Of a stretch of DNA of 64,000 nucleotides, positions 36,724 to 46,402 are shown piece after piece (positions within the stretch are counted from its first letter, which is position 1; every line of letters starts with the position of its first letter). The notes under the pieces are model-generated. The model was given only the letters and a program-made list of their open reading frames with translations. It did not search any database and was not told where the DNA came from. The DNA is from a candidate division WOR-3 bacterium (GTDB lineage Bacteria; Hydrothermota; Tepidihabitantia; SM23-42; JAOAFX01). Location: positions 25,434-89,433 of the forward strand of contig JBBILZ010000001.1 of the NCBI GenBank assembly GCA_037444665.1, read 5' to 3'. A program made the translations under genes and the position numbers.

Positions 36724-37698
36724 ATGAAACGCTTATTTTTACTCACCCTTGCCGCAATCCCACTATTTGCATTCAGTGTCAATTTCATCTACTGCGATTA
36801 TGATTATGATGATGACTACTGGAACGATGAATACTGGTATCCTGAACCCGATTATTATGATGACTACTGGGTCTATTACCCACATGGCTATTATTGTGTT
36901 TACTATGTGTGGTACCATCCCTGGTGGTGGGATTGGTATTGGTGGCATTGCCATTGGTGCCACCATTTTGACTGGCACTTTTTCCGTGCTGGTTTCTATG
37001 TTGTCTGGTATGAAGACGGATGCTGGTGGTTCAGACCGAGATATGGCAGGTGGGTACGATACAAAGTTCCCTATGCCTATAATGAATTCAGATATAAAGC
37101 AAGGTCCTATGGAGTCAATCTTCCAGAAAAGCCCACAAGGGAAATTAATATTCCTTATAATGAAAAAGAGATTCAACGCCTGACAAAAGAAAAGGACCCA
37201 CAACTATATGCACGCATAGAAAAAGAGTACAGGTCAGGGAACCTGGACAGAATGAAGCAAGAATACGAAACAAAAGTAAAAAGAGAAATTGCAGTGAAGA
37301 ATGAAGAATACAGAAAAACAAAATTACAAAACCCGGCTGATGAACGATATAATACAGGCAAGGATGTAAATAATAAAACAATTGACCGAAGAAAATCTGA
37401 TTCTTATAATGATGATAGGCAAAAGTCAGATTATAATGAGTCAAGAATAATAAAGAAGTCTAAAAATGTGCCTGACAATGATACTGAAACTCCTGAAAGA
37501 TATGACGAATCTGATAATAGAAAATACGAGCAAAAAAAGAATTACACAGCACCAGACAAGTCTAAACAAACTGAACGCGGAGACGAATACAACGCACCAA
37601 AAACTCCAAAAACACCAATCAGAAACCTACCCCCACCTGACCAGGAACAGGAAAAAAGAACGGTTAAAAAACAGAGTGTGCAAAAATCAAGGAGATAA
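36724..37698 (+). CDS. secreted Trp/Tyr/His/Asp-rich low-complexity protein with a Lys/Glu/Arg-rich C-terminal tail (novel)
   Basis: Start at MKRLFLLTLAAIPLFAFS with an AAGGAGG ribosome-binding site. The ORF track starts at 36679, which overlaps the upstream stop in an ATGA. About 100 residues with roughly 16 Trp, 28 Tyr, 7 His and 4 Cys (e.g. YHPWWWDWYWWHCHWCHHFDWHFF). An antisense ORF exists but lacks these supports. Confidence 0.55.
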   Translation: MKRLFLLTLAAIPLFAFSVNFIYCDYDYDDDYWNDEYWYPEPDYYDDYWVYYPHGYYCVYYVWYHPWWWDWYWWHCHWCHHFDWHFFRAGFYVVWYEDGCWWFRPRYGRWVRYKVPYAYNEFRYKARSYGVNLPEKPTREINIPYNEKEIQRLTKEKDPQLYARIEKEYRSGNLDRMKQEYETKVKREIAVKNEEYRKTKLQNPADERYNTGKDVNNKTIDRRKSDSYNDDRQKSDYNESRIIKKSKNVPDNDTETPERYDESDNRKYEQKKNYTAPDKSKQTERGDEYNAPKTPKTPIRNLPPPDQEQEKRTVKKQSVQKSRR

Positions 37699-37700
37699 AA

Positions 37701-38348
37701 ATGTTCACCACCATATTTTTCTTAATCATCAGCATAAATACAGAAACAGTTGCGATGACTACTCCGGACAATTCATTAAATATTGAGAGCTGGCTTAATA
37801 AAGACGAACCCGTATATGTCCCTGGTGAACGACTGAAAATCTTCTTTAAGGTGGATAAGGACTGCTATGTCGCAGTCTATGATATTGATGTTGGGGGAAG
37901 GGAAAATCTTCTCTTCCCCCAGCAAGGGGACAATGGATTTGTTCAGGCAAATAAGGTCTATGAACTACCCCCTGCAGATGCAGATTTTGATTATGAGATA
38001 ACCGGCCCTGAAGGCATAGAAAAAATTATTATTCTTGCCTCAATTAAAGAATTGCCTGACCTTGCTGATACCATAGAAGTATCAAAAAGAGAAATTGAGC
38101 TATCCATTGAAGAACCAGAGCCAGCAAAACTGAGAATTATCTCAACACCTCCCAAATCCAGGATCTATATCAAAGAAGTAATGACTGGCGAGCGTGTTTA
38201 TGTCGGAAAAACACCACGGACCATTGTCTTAAAGCCTGGCGAATATATTGTGGAGATAAAAAAATTAGGGTATCAGACCATTAAAAGGCGAATCTGGCTT
38301 GAGCCGGAAGAAAAAAGAAGGATCTATGTTAGTCTATGGCCCTGGTAA
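37701..38348 (+). CDS. secreted protein with a DUF4384-like domain and a C-terminal PEGA domain
   Basis: 215 aa. Signal peptide, VYVPGERLKIFFKVDKDCYVAVYDIDVGG (DUF4384-like, from memory) and a PEGA-like IISTPPKSRIYI...GKTPRTIVLKPGEYIVEIKKLGY. Starts 3 nt after the upstream stop. Confidence 0.45.
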   Translation: MFTTIFFLIISINTETVAMTTPDNSLNIESWLNKDEPVYVPGERLKIFFKVDKDCYVAVYDIDVGGRENLLFPQQGDNGFVQANKVYELPPADADFDYEITGPEGIEKIIILASIKELPDLADTIEVSKREIELSIEEPEPAKLRIISTPPKSRIYIKEVMTGERVYVGKTPRTIVLKPGEYIVEIKKLGYQTIKRRIWLEPEEKRRIYVSLWPW

Positions 38349-38390
38349 TCTTGACAAACCAATTATATTTTATATAATTGAGGAGTTAAA

Positions 38391-38759
38391 ATGAATAGAA
38401 TATTCTTAAGCATTATCTTTATTCTCGGTAGTTTATGGGCAGTGAAACCTGTGCCCAGAATTGAAAAAACAGATGAAGACAAAAAACCTGTTATACAGAT
38501 TCAGATTCCTGATGAGAATAAAGAGGACCAAAAAGAACAGAATAATAATTCTTTAGAGACTAACAAACCAAAGAACCAGAATAATAAAAATGACCAGTTC
38601 ATTGATAGTGACTCAAATAATGTAAATGACCAGCGTGAAAATGACCTGTTAAAGATAAAACAATTGAAAAACAAATTTAAGGACCTCTTCAAAAAAGATA
38701 GCGACACAGATAGAAAACCCAAAGAACCAGTAAAAACAAAGAAATCTGTTAAAAAATAG
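38391..38759 (+). CDS. secreted Lys/Asn/Gln/Asp-rich low-complexity protein
   Basis: 122 aa. Signal peptide followed by a KNQDE-rich, probably disordered, polypeptide. Confidence 0.4.
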   Translation: MNRIFLSIIFILGSLWAVKPVPRIEKTDEDKKPVIQIQIPDENKEDQKEQNNNSLETNKPKNQNNKNDQFIDSDSNNVNDQRENDLLKIKQLKNKFKDLFKKDSDTDRKPKEPVKTKKSVKK

Positions 38760-39450
38760 TTGATGTGTATTCCTTCAATATGATGCTGTTTTTACCCGAA
38801 GAAGTTAAAAGTTTCACAAAGCGGTGGGGAAAATTTTTTTCAATATAAAAATAGAATTTTATACTCGTAAATACTACGCGCGGCTTCATCATTATCTTCC
38901 AGCATTCAAAAATACCAACAGGTGTTGTTACACTATCTTCACCAATCACCTCTAAATCAGCATTCACTATCATAAATTCAGGCACGAGTAATCTTATCCT
39001 TTTTTTAAAATCTTTACTATAGGTAAAACCCCTTAATACAAAGTCAAGTGTATGTCGGTCATATACCGGCGCACTCTCTTTATAAAAACTCTTTCTGCCC
39101 TGATAATTGACTTCAATAATATGATCTTTTTTAACACTCAACTCCCATTTTCCTTTTATGATTTTATTTAGATAGATTGTCTGTAGATTTACTGGGTCAA
39201 GGATTGTTTCCACTGTGCGGTCTGAAATATATGTAATACGATAGCCAGCACTGTCCCTTTCTGATTTTACTTCTATCTTACCAATCTTTCCCTTATCATT
39301 TGTCTCATAAACAATATATTCGCTATCAGGCAATAGAGATTCACCAGCAAAAAGATAAAACGATAATAAAAAAAATATACAAAAAGCATACTTTGAAAAA
39401 TTGTTAGCAGAAACAGTTGTGTGAAATCTCACAATCTTAAGACTTTGCAC
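38749..39450 (-). CDS. hypothetical exported protein (possibly DUF3108-like)
   Basis: 233 aa, hydrophobic N-terminus and beta-rich. The family guess is weak. Confidence 0.4.
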   Translation of the reverse strand: MQSLKIVRFHTTVSANNFSKYAFCIFFLLSFYLFAGESLLPDSEYIVYETNDKGKIGKIEVKSERDSAGYRITYISDRTVETILDPVNLQTIYLNKIIKGKWELSVKKDHIIEVNYQGRKSFYKESAPVYDRHTLDFVLRGFTYSKDFKKRIRLLVPEFMIVNADLEVIGEDSVTTPVGIFECWKIMMKPRVVFTSIKFYFYIEKNFPHRFVKLLTSSGKNSIILKEYTSTIF

Positions 39451-40123
39451 CTAAATGGTCAACAATGTCCAATAATTGAATAATATCATCAATCTCATAA
39501 TCTGCACCAGAATTTTTTGTTCCAAAGGTATCACCATATCGGGCAAAAACAGTTTTCATTCCGATGACTTTTGCACCAGTAATATCCCTCTCTGCCCAAT
39601 CACCCACCATCATTCCCTCTTCTGGTTTTATATTCAATTTTTCAAGGGTGATTTTAAATGGTGCTGGGTCAGGTTTTCTTTTATAGGTATCTTCAAAAGT
39701 AACGACAACATCAAAAAGGTGATGGAGATTCAATTGACAGAGCCTTAGCCATGCCTGTAACTTAGGGGCATCAGTCACAACTGCAAGTTTTAAACCCCTT
39801 TTTATCAAACCGATAAGAGTAATATAAACATGGGGATAGAGCACGAGTGCTGCTTCACGCGCCCGGCGATAACCAACAATGCCGGCGGCATGGATCCGTG
39901 AATCAATGTGGCCAAACTCCCGTGTCAAAAATTTATCAAAGACAGTCTGGTCTTCAATACCCACTTCTCTGTATATATCAAAAATTTTCTGTCGTGCAAC
40001 ATTCCTGTCCATCTTGAGACCCGCATCTATCATTGCACTTACTGCGGCGTCCACTGCTGACTCTTTCATTGCCATAAAATCTACGAGGGTATTATCAAGG
40101 TCAAAGATTATACCTTTTATCAT
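39437..40123 (-). CDS. HAD-superfamily hydrolase (phosphoglycolate phosphatase-like)
   Basis: HAD motif I IIFDLDNTLVD and motif IV near VGDWAERD. Confidence 0.7.
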   Translation of the reverse strand: MIKGIIFDLDNTLVDFMAMKESAVDAAVSAMIDAGLKMDRNVARQKIFDIYREVGIEDQTVFDKFLTREFGHIDSRIHAAGIVGYRRAREAALVLYPHVYITLIGLIKRGLKLAVVTDAPKLQAWLRLCQLNLHHLFDVVVTFEDTYKRKPDPAPFKITLEKLNIKPEEGMMVGDWAERDITGAKVIGMKTVFARYGDTFGTKNSGADYEIDDIIQLLDIVDHLGAKS

Positions 40124-41130
40124 AAATTTGCCCTCAATATCTTCGCTGATTTTTCTGGTCCATACCGGTTAATGTAAAAACCTGTACCCAGTTCAAAACC
40201 TGTTGTCCGATATATTCGTGGAATTATCTCAATATGCCAGTGAAAATCCTGTTCAATGGTTTTCCAGTAATCAGGACGCGGCAAAAGATTGGGACTATCA
40301 GTGAGCACAAGATTATACGGTGGGTCACTAAATCCATTGCGAATTGAACCGCAGATTTTTTTTAAGGTATATGCGAGGTCATCCAGTTCAATCTTGCTGA
40401 TGAGTTTGTAAGAGTATTTATGATTTTTTGGAATGACCATAACCTCACCAGGAAATCGTGAGGCATAAGGAGCAAATGCTACAAAATTATCGGTCTGGAG
40501 AATGAGTCTTTCTGCCATATCAATTTCCTGCTGAATAATATCACAGAAGATACACCTTTCTTTATAGCGATAATATTCGTAAGAGCCATTGAGTTTTTGT
40601 TTTACGCGATTTGGTGTTGCAGGCAGGGCAATCAAATCAGAATGAGTATGATTAATCGTTGAAGAACCAGCAAGCCGACCATAATTTTTAAAAATTAATA
40701 CATATCTGATTCTCTTATCTTTGTGCAAATCTTCAATTCTATATCGGTATGTATCAAGGACAAGTGAAATCTGCTGTGTGCTGAGGTCAGCAAAATTTGT
40801 TATATGTGTGGGCGATTCTATTATCACCTCATTGGCACCAGTGCCAGTAACCATATCATAAACGCCAACACCAAATTTTTCCAGTTCACCTTCAACCCTT
40901 AAAATAGGGTGAATATTCGGAACAACACGCACTCTCCAGCCTGGACCATTGGGCTGAGAACCATCCCTTATTGCATATATCTCTTTGGGTGTGTTCAATT
41001 CATTACCTTCACAGAATGGACAGGGTCCAGATTGAGTGGCAATCTCAGCAGAGACCACCGGGATCACATCGTTTTCCGTATCAATAATTACCCAGGTATC
41101 GGTCACAATATCCCTTCTTACCTCGGACAT
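40120..41130 (-). CDS. GalT-family (HIT-like) hexose-1-phosphate nucleotidyltransferase
   Basis: 336 aa. Zn site CPFCEGNE and a histidine triad region FKNYGRLAGSSTINHTHSD resembling GalT FENRG...HPHGQ. Confidence 0.6.
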   Translation of the reverse strand: MSEVRRDIVTDTWVIIDTENDVIPVVSAEIATQSGPCPFCEGNELNTPKEIYAIRDGSQPNGPGWRVRVVPNIHPILRVEGELEKFGVGVYDMVTGTGANEVIIESPTHITNFADLSTQQISLVLDTYRYRIEDLHKDKRIRYVLIFKNYGRLAGSSTINHTHSDLIALPATPNRVKQKLNGSYEYYRYKERCIFCDIIQQEIDMAERLILQTDNFVAFAPYASRFPGEVMVIPKNHKYSYKLISKIELDDLAYTLKKICGSIRNGFSDPPYNLVLTDSPNLLPRPDYWKTIEQDFHWHIEIIPRIYRTTGFELGTGFYINRYGPEKSAKILRANL

Positions 41131-41243
41131 TTTACCTCCTTAACCGTCATACTCTCCATCTATTTTTGCCATAACAATCACAAATCTTTATCTGAATTTT
41201 TCGGGTAATATCAATCTGGAAATTGGCCAGAGAATTCAATCTG

Positions 41244-43070
41244 TTATTCAACCGTCACACTCTTTGCCAGATTCCTTGGCCGGTCAACATCCAGTCCTTT
41301 GAATGTTGCAATAAAATAGGCGAGTAATTGCAATGGTATAACTGCAAGGATTGGTGAAATAAATTCATTGCATCCGGGAATTTCTATTACATATTTACTA
41401 ACTTTAGCGGTCTGCTGGTCCCCTTTTGTAACCACACTGATAACCTGACCTTTGCGCGCAACAACTTCCTGAATATTGTTTAACATTTTTTCGTAGACAC
41501 TGGCTTCTGGGTTAATACAGACCACCGGCATATTTTCATCAATCAGGGCGATCGGGCCATGTTTCATTTCACCTGCGGCATAGCCTGTTGCATGGATATA
41601 AGAAATTTCTTTTAATTTCAGAGCACCTTCAAGTGCAGTTGGATAATTTATTCCCCTACCTAAAAATAGAAAGTCCCTTACATTATAAAACTTTAAAGCA
41701 ATCTTCCTGATCTCTTCCTGCTGATTTAATATCTCTTCTACCTGTCCAGGTATTTTTTTCATTTCATTCAAATGATAAGATAATTCATCCTGACGAACAA
41801 ATCCTCTTAATGCACCGAGATAAAGGCTGAACAGAAATAGATTTAAAATTTCTGCCGTATATGCCTTGGTTGATGCAACACCAATTTCAGGGCCAGCCAT
41901 AATTGAAATGGCACTATCTGACTCTTTGTAGATACTTGAATGTAATACATTTACCAATGAAACAACCCTCAGGAATCGTGCCTTTGCCTCTCTCAATCCT
42001 GCAATCGTGTCAGCAGTTTCACCGGACTGGCTGATTGCCATTACCATTGTATCTCCATCAAGAACCATATCCCGATAACGAAATTCACTTGAAATATCAA
42101 CTTCAGTGCTGACACGAGCGAAACGCTCAATTAAATATTTACCAACGACTCCTGCATGCCAGGATGTTCCACAGGCCTGGATATATATTCGGGAAATCTT
42201 CAAAAAATCCTTATCTGAAAAATTCAGTTCTTCACCAAAATTAATTTTATTATTAATAATGCGTGCATTAATAATCTGTGAAAGTACGCGGGGTTGTTCA
42301 TAGATCTCTTTGAGCATGAAATGGGGAAAATTATCTTTTTCAATGTCTTTTATTTTGATCGTAACCTTTCGTGGCTGAATTGCAATCTCTTCACCCTTAA
42401 AATCTTTGATTAAATAATTTTTGGGTGCAATCTCGGCAACTGTATCATTGGGCATATCTATTATCCTGTCAAATATTGCAATAACACCAGAGACGTCACT
42501 TGCCAGCGCTGATTCATTATCATTCACAGCCAGGACCAGTGGTGCATCGTGCCGGGCACAAACAATACGGTCAGGCTCTTTTGTAGAAATCACAGCAAAT
42601 GCAAAATTGCCTTTTAAACGGGATACAGATTGTAGCACCGCATCAAATAAACTGGTCTTTAAATTCTCCTCAATAAGATGGACAATAACTTCTGAGTCTG
42701 TATAAGAACGGAAGATATGTCCCCTGCTCTCAAGTTCGTCTTTTAATAAATGATAGTTTTCAATAATACCATTTACAACCAGGGCAAGGTTCTCATTACA
42801 ATCAATAAGGGGATGGGTATTTTCCTCATGCGGACTGCCATGTGTTGCCCAGCGTGTGTGGCCAATTCCAATGCCTCCGCTCACTGGTGCCCTTTTTATT
42901 AATTCCTGAAGTTCACTCAGCTTGCCTGGAACTTTACGAATGAGAAGTTCTTCATTGTTTATTACTGCAATTCCGCTTGAATCATAGCCACGATATTCAA
43001 GACGCCACAGACCACCCAATAGTACACTTGTAATATCCCTTGGTCCAACATAACCAACAATTCCACACAT
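41244..43070 (-). CDS. glmS: glutamine--fructose-6-phosphate aminotransferase
   Basis: 608 aa. N-terminal MCGIVGY with the Ntn Cys2, two SIS domains and a C-terminal ...KSVTVE. Confidence 0.9.
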   Translation of the reverse strand: MCGIVGYVGPRDITSVLLGGLWRLEYRGYDSSGIAVINNEELLIRKVPGKLSELQELIKRAPVSGGIGIGHTRWATHGSPHEENTHPLIDCNENLALVVNGIIENYHLLKDELESRGHIFRSYTDSEVIVHLIEENLKTSLFDAVLQSVSRLKGNFAFAVISTKEPDRIVCARHDAPLVLAVNDNESALASDVSGVIAIFDRIIDMPNDTVAEIAPKNYLIKDFKGEEIAIQPRKVTIKIKDIEKDNFPHFMLKEIYEQPRVLSQIINARIINNKINFGEELNFSDKDFLKISRIYIQACGTSWHAGVVGKYLIERFARVSTEVDISSEFRYRDMVLDGDTMVMAISQSGETADTIAGLREAKARFLRVVSLVNVLHSSIYKESDSAISIMAGPEIGVASTKAYTAEILNLFLFSLYLGALRGFVRQDELSYHLNEMKKIPGQVEEILNQQEEIRKIALKFYNVRDFLFLGRGINYPTALEGALKLKEISYIHATGYAAGEMKHGPIALIDENMPVVCINPEASVYEKMLNNIQEVVARKGQVISVVTKGDQQTAKVSKYVIEIPGCNEFISPILAVIPLQLLAYFIATFKGLDVDRPRNLAKSVTVE

Positions 43071-43134
43071 TATAAATGATTATATAAAAATTAATAAGGT
43101 TGTCAAGGATTTGCTAAACAAATTTTTTATTTCT

Positions 43135-45147
43135 TTATTTTACCAGCAAATTTATCGTCCTCTTAAAAACCTCTGGTTCAATCTCAACGAGTGTAATACT
43201 TTTTAAAAAATCTAAAAAACCCGCAATATCTAAATTCAAAAGATGGTCTTGTACCTGCAATTCAAAGGGTAGATCATAAAAGAATGCACCACTGCCAAGG
43301 GCATCTTCAAATCTTGCAATATTTTCAGCAATTATCTTTTTTATGGATCCCTCACGGGGTACAGGAAACTTCATATCCGGCATCTGAAATTTATTGAGCG
43401 TGAGTATTTTTCCTTCAATATCAAGTGCATCAATACCTTCTTCATAAAGTGCTTCAGCAATAATAAAACCATAAAGCGAACCAAGAAGATGAATAATATG
43501 GGTGTTCTTGCCATCATAAAAAAGAGGAAAATCATGGAGCCCGAGATGCGGGAAAAATCTATTTTTTAAGACTGCCGAAAGTAAATAATTGTAATTTCCT
43601 GCGCCCTTTCCTTCAAAGATTTTGGAAAAGTCAGGACCTTCACCAATACATCGCGCATAAATCTTTTTTTCTTTTTCCAGCACATTTACTTTTTCCCAGC
43701 ATCTTCCGCCCAGGATAAATCTCTCAAGAACATAATAAATCCTTCCCAGCATATGCCCGGTGCTAATATCAAAAACACTGTATTCGCCAAAAGATTTTTC
43801 AGTAATATTGGAATGAATCTTTCCGTAAGTAATTTTATTTTCTAATTTATCACTCAGAAAATATATGCCTGGTCTCATCTCTCTAATAATCCCATCATTG
43901 AACAGTTTCTGAAAGATCGCTTTTAAAATCTCTTCAGGATAAATTGTACTGAATATCTGAAAAAGACTATTAAAGGTTGTGCCAATCCTGCGCCTTTGAT
44001 AAAGATACGAATATACCTGCTGTGGTATAACGGATAATAGAGGTTGATAATTCTTTTCATATAATATTCCCTGTCGGGCAAGTTCAAAGAATGTTTCAAA
44101 GAGAATCTTTTCCCAGTCATTTGAGTAAACAGCAATGGCAAAGAGATTATCAGTGCGGCGATTTCCCCTGCCTGTCCTCTGAAGTAAGGATGAAATATTA
44201 TAGGGCGGACGATAAAGCACAATCGCATCAACATCACCAATATCAATACCAAGTTCTAAGGTTGAGGTCGCCAGTAATATTGCCCGATCAGATTGATTCA
44301 TAAATTTTTCCACCTCTTCCCTTTTGGTTCTCGGCAGACTTGCGTGATGCACAAATACCCGGTCTTCAAAAGCCGGAAATTTAATTTTTTGTGAAAAACT
44401 TTCAGCAAGGCTCCGCGCATTAAAAAAAGCAAGTATTTTCTTTAATTGCCGCTTCTGTATTATGTTATACATCTCTTTTATAAAATTTTTTGCCGGCACC
44501 AGCATATACTCAATTTCACGCATTGATTTAAGGAAACAGACTTGTGGGTTATCAAAGTATCGCTTGCCAATCTCTATATCATCAATCGTTGCAGAAAGTG
44601 CACAATACTGCACTCTTTTATTATTTTTTTCCAGAATTTTTCTTAATCTAATTAAAAGAATCCTCAACTGGTCACCCCTTGGAGTATTATCAAGAAGATG
44701 GATCTCATCAAGGATTATTGCAGAAAGATTCAAAAAAATCTCAGGCACACGGGTCAACATAGAATCAAATGATTCTGGAGTAGTTAAAAGGACATTGGAT
44801 AGATTTCTTTTATTAATAATAGGATGGTCTCCAGTCTTACGACTTATTGAAAGATTTAAATCATTTATCGGCTCTTCCAGCCTTCTAAAAAGGTCATTGA
44901 CCAGGGCACGGGTCGGTGTAATATAGAGCACTTCAAGACCTTTTGTATCGCCTTGAAGCAGATTTTCCAATACTGGAGCAATCACTGCCTCGGTCTTGCC
45001 AGTGGCAGCAGGTGAAATTACCACAACATTTTCTTTATTGAGAATATGGGGAATAGCAAGTTCCTGGATTGGAGTAAACCTTCCAAATCTGCTAAAAAAC
45101 GGACCCCAGGTATATTTCAATAGCTCTTTAATTTGTTGAGAATCCAT
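43135..45147 (-). CDS. DEAD/DEAH-box (DEIH) superfamily-2 helicase, Lhr-core-like
   Basis: 670 aa. Motif I SPAATGKT, motif II DEIH and motif VI QRTGRGNRR, with a roughly 250-aa C-terminal extension. Confidence 0.55.
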   Translation of the reverse strand: MDSQQIKELLKYTWGPFFSRFGRFTPIQELAIPHILNKENVVVISPAATGKTEAVIAPVLENLLQGDTKGLEVLYITPTRALVNDLFRRLEEPINDLNLSISRKTGDHPIINKRNLSNVLLTTPESFDSMLTRVPEIFLNLSAIILDEIHLLDNTPRGDQLRILLIRLRKILEKNNKRVQYCALSATIDDIEIGKRYFDNPQVCFLKSMREIEYMLVPAKNFIKEMYNIIQKRQLKKILAFFNARSLAESFSQKIKFPAFEDRVFVHHASLPRTKREEVEKFMNQSDRAILLATSTLELGIDIGDVDAIVLYRPPYNISSLLQRTGRGNRRTDNLFAIAVYSNDWEKILFETFFELARQGILYEKNYQPLLSVIPQQVYSYLYQRRRIGTTFNSLFQIFSTIYPEEILKAIFQKLFNDGIIREMRPGIYFLSDKLENKITYGKIHSNITEKSFGEYSVFDISTGHMLGRIYYVLERFILGGRCWEKVNVLEKEKKIYARCIGEGPDFSKIFEGKGAGNYNYLLSAVLKNRFFPHLGLHDFPLFYDGKNTHIIHLLGSLYGFIIAEALYEEGIDALDIEGKILTLNKFQMPDMKFPVPREGSIKKIIAENIARFEDALGSGAFFYDLPFELQVQDHLLNLDIAGFLDFLKSITLVEIEPEVFKRTINLLVK

Positions 45148-45194
45148 TATTTATCAGTTCTCTTTTATCAATCCTGAAATTATCTCTAAAAAAA

Positions 45195-46289
45195 TTATTT
45201 AATCAATATTATTTTATTGAACGAATAAGCATCTGAAATCTTAAAAAAATACACACCATTCGGTAACCTTGACAGGTCAATATGATTGATTGGCTCTGCC
45301 AATACTGTTTTTTTGATAATTCTACCAGAGCAATCAAAAATATATATTCTTGCCCCAGCACTTGCCTTATGTAGTAATAAATTCCCATTTGTTATTGTTG
45401 GTTGCATTGAACTTTTTGTTATTTTATGGCACACCTCTTCCAGAGCAACAAGTGGACCAAAATAGATAGAACCAGCAGAACCATCTTCTCCATTACCAAA
45501 ACCACCATTACCACCTATTCCACCTGCAACTGATAAAGATAAATAGTTTGTATCCAAGACTGAATAAAAGATCTTAATACGGCCACCTCCAGCACCACCG
45601 CCACCGCCACCTGAGGCATCACCGCCTGCTCCTCCCTTTGCAAAGATTGACGAATATCTAATGGTCAATGTATCGGTCCACATTTTAATGCCACCGCCTG
45701 AACCACCACCACCTGCTTCATAACCTCCATCATAGCCACGCATTCCATTGGCTGACACTGCAGAAGAGTCTATGATTATTTTGTTTCCTTTTAAATAGAT
45801 AAGTGCTCCGCCATTACCACCAAAACCATCCACATATGAGAGCCTTCCAGCACCACCACCTGAACCCGGATTGATAACAGTATCATTTGGACTCCCATAC
45901 GAAATCCCACCAGCACCCGGGCTTACATCACCTCCAGCACCACCAGCCCCTCCATAACCAGCACCACCGCCACCACCACTGATTCCTGCGTGGCCATATC
46001 CGGGTCCATATCCATCAGGATGGGTATTCGTGCCTCCGAGATAACCAAAGCCATCTCCTTGAATAACAGAGGAATTATGAATATGTATCAGGGGTGCCTG
46101 CAAAATGACCTTGCCCGTTGAATCAATACCATTCCAGAGCCTTACTTTTAATTTGGCATTGTTCAGATGAACTTTTATATTATATTGATGAAGGTTGCAC
46201 ATCACAAGACTATCATTGACAATTAACAGACTGTCATTGTCTTCATAAATGTAATTGATTAATATAAAAACTCCTAATAATATACCCAT
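45195..46289 (-). CDS. glycine-rich secreted protein with a T9SS C-terminal sorting domain
   Basis: 364 aa with long GGxGG tracts. C-terminal PNGVYFFKISDAYSFNKIILIK resembles the T9SS CTD. Confidence 0.55.
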   Translation of the reverse strand: MGILLGVFILINYIYEDNDSLLIVNDSLVMCNLHQYNIKVHLNNAKLKVRLWNGIDSTGKVILQAPLIHIHNSSVIQGDGFGYLGGTNTHPDGYGPGYGHAGISGGGGGAGYGGAGGAGGDVSPGAGGISYGSPNDTVINPGSGGGAGRLSYVDGFGGNGGALIYLKGNKIIIDSSAVSANGMRGYDGGYEAGGGGSGGGIKMWTDTLTIRYSSIFAKGGAGGDASGGGGGGAGGGRIKIFYSVLDTNYLSLSVAGGIGGNGGFGNGEDGSAGSIYFGPLVALEEVCHKITKSSMQPTITNGNLLLHKASAGARIYIFDCSGRIIKKTVLAEPINHIDLSRLPNGVYFFKISDAYSFNKIILIK

Positions 46290-46344
46290 ATAGCCTCCAC
46301 AAAATTATATATAACTCTGTTGGCCTGTCAATAAAATATTCATA

Positions 46345-46383
46345 ATAAAAAACCCGCCCCTTAAAATTTTTTAAGGGGCGGGC
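46345..46383 (-). terminator. rho-independent terminator, bidirectional hairpin, downstream of the 989-aa gene
   Basis: cccgcccctt-aaaatttttt-aaggggcggg, with a T-tract on the minus strand (A-run at 46345-46352 on the plus strand). Confidence 0.65.
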
Positions 46384-46402
46384 ACATAGTAAGATGCGGT
46401 TT

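Noticed and set aside
36763-37203. 146-aa minus-strand ORF antisense to the W/Y-rich gene
   Set aside because: It consists of poly-Ile/Pro low-complexity sequence generated by the GGT/TGG repeat. It has no ribosome-binding site or signal peptide. The plus-strand gene has an AAGGAGG site, a signal peptide and operon coupling.
43071-43134. glmS ribozyme upstream of glmS
   Set aside because: The 64-nt upstream region is AT-rich and shows no conserved ribozyme core features.
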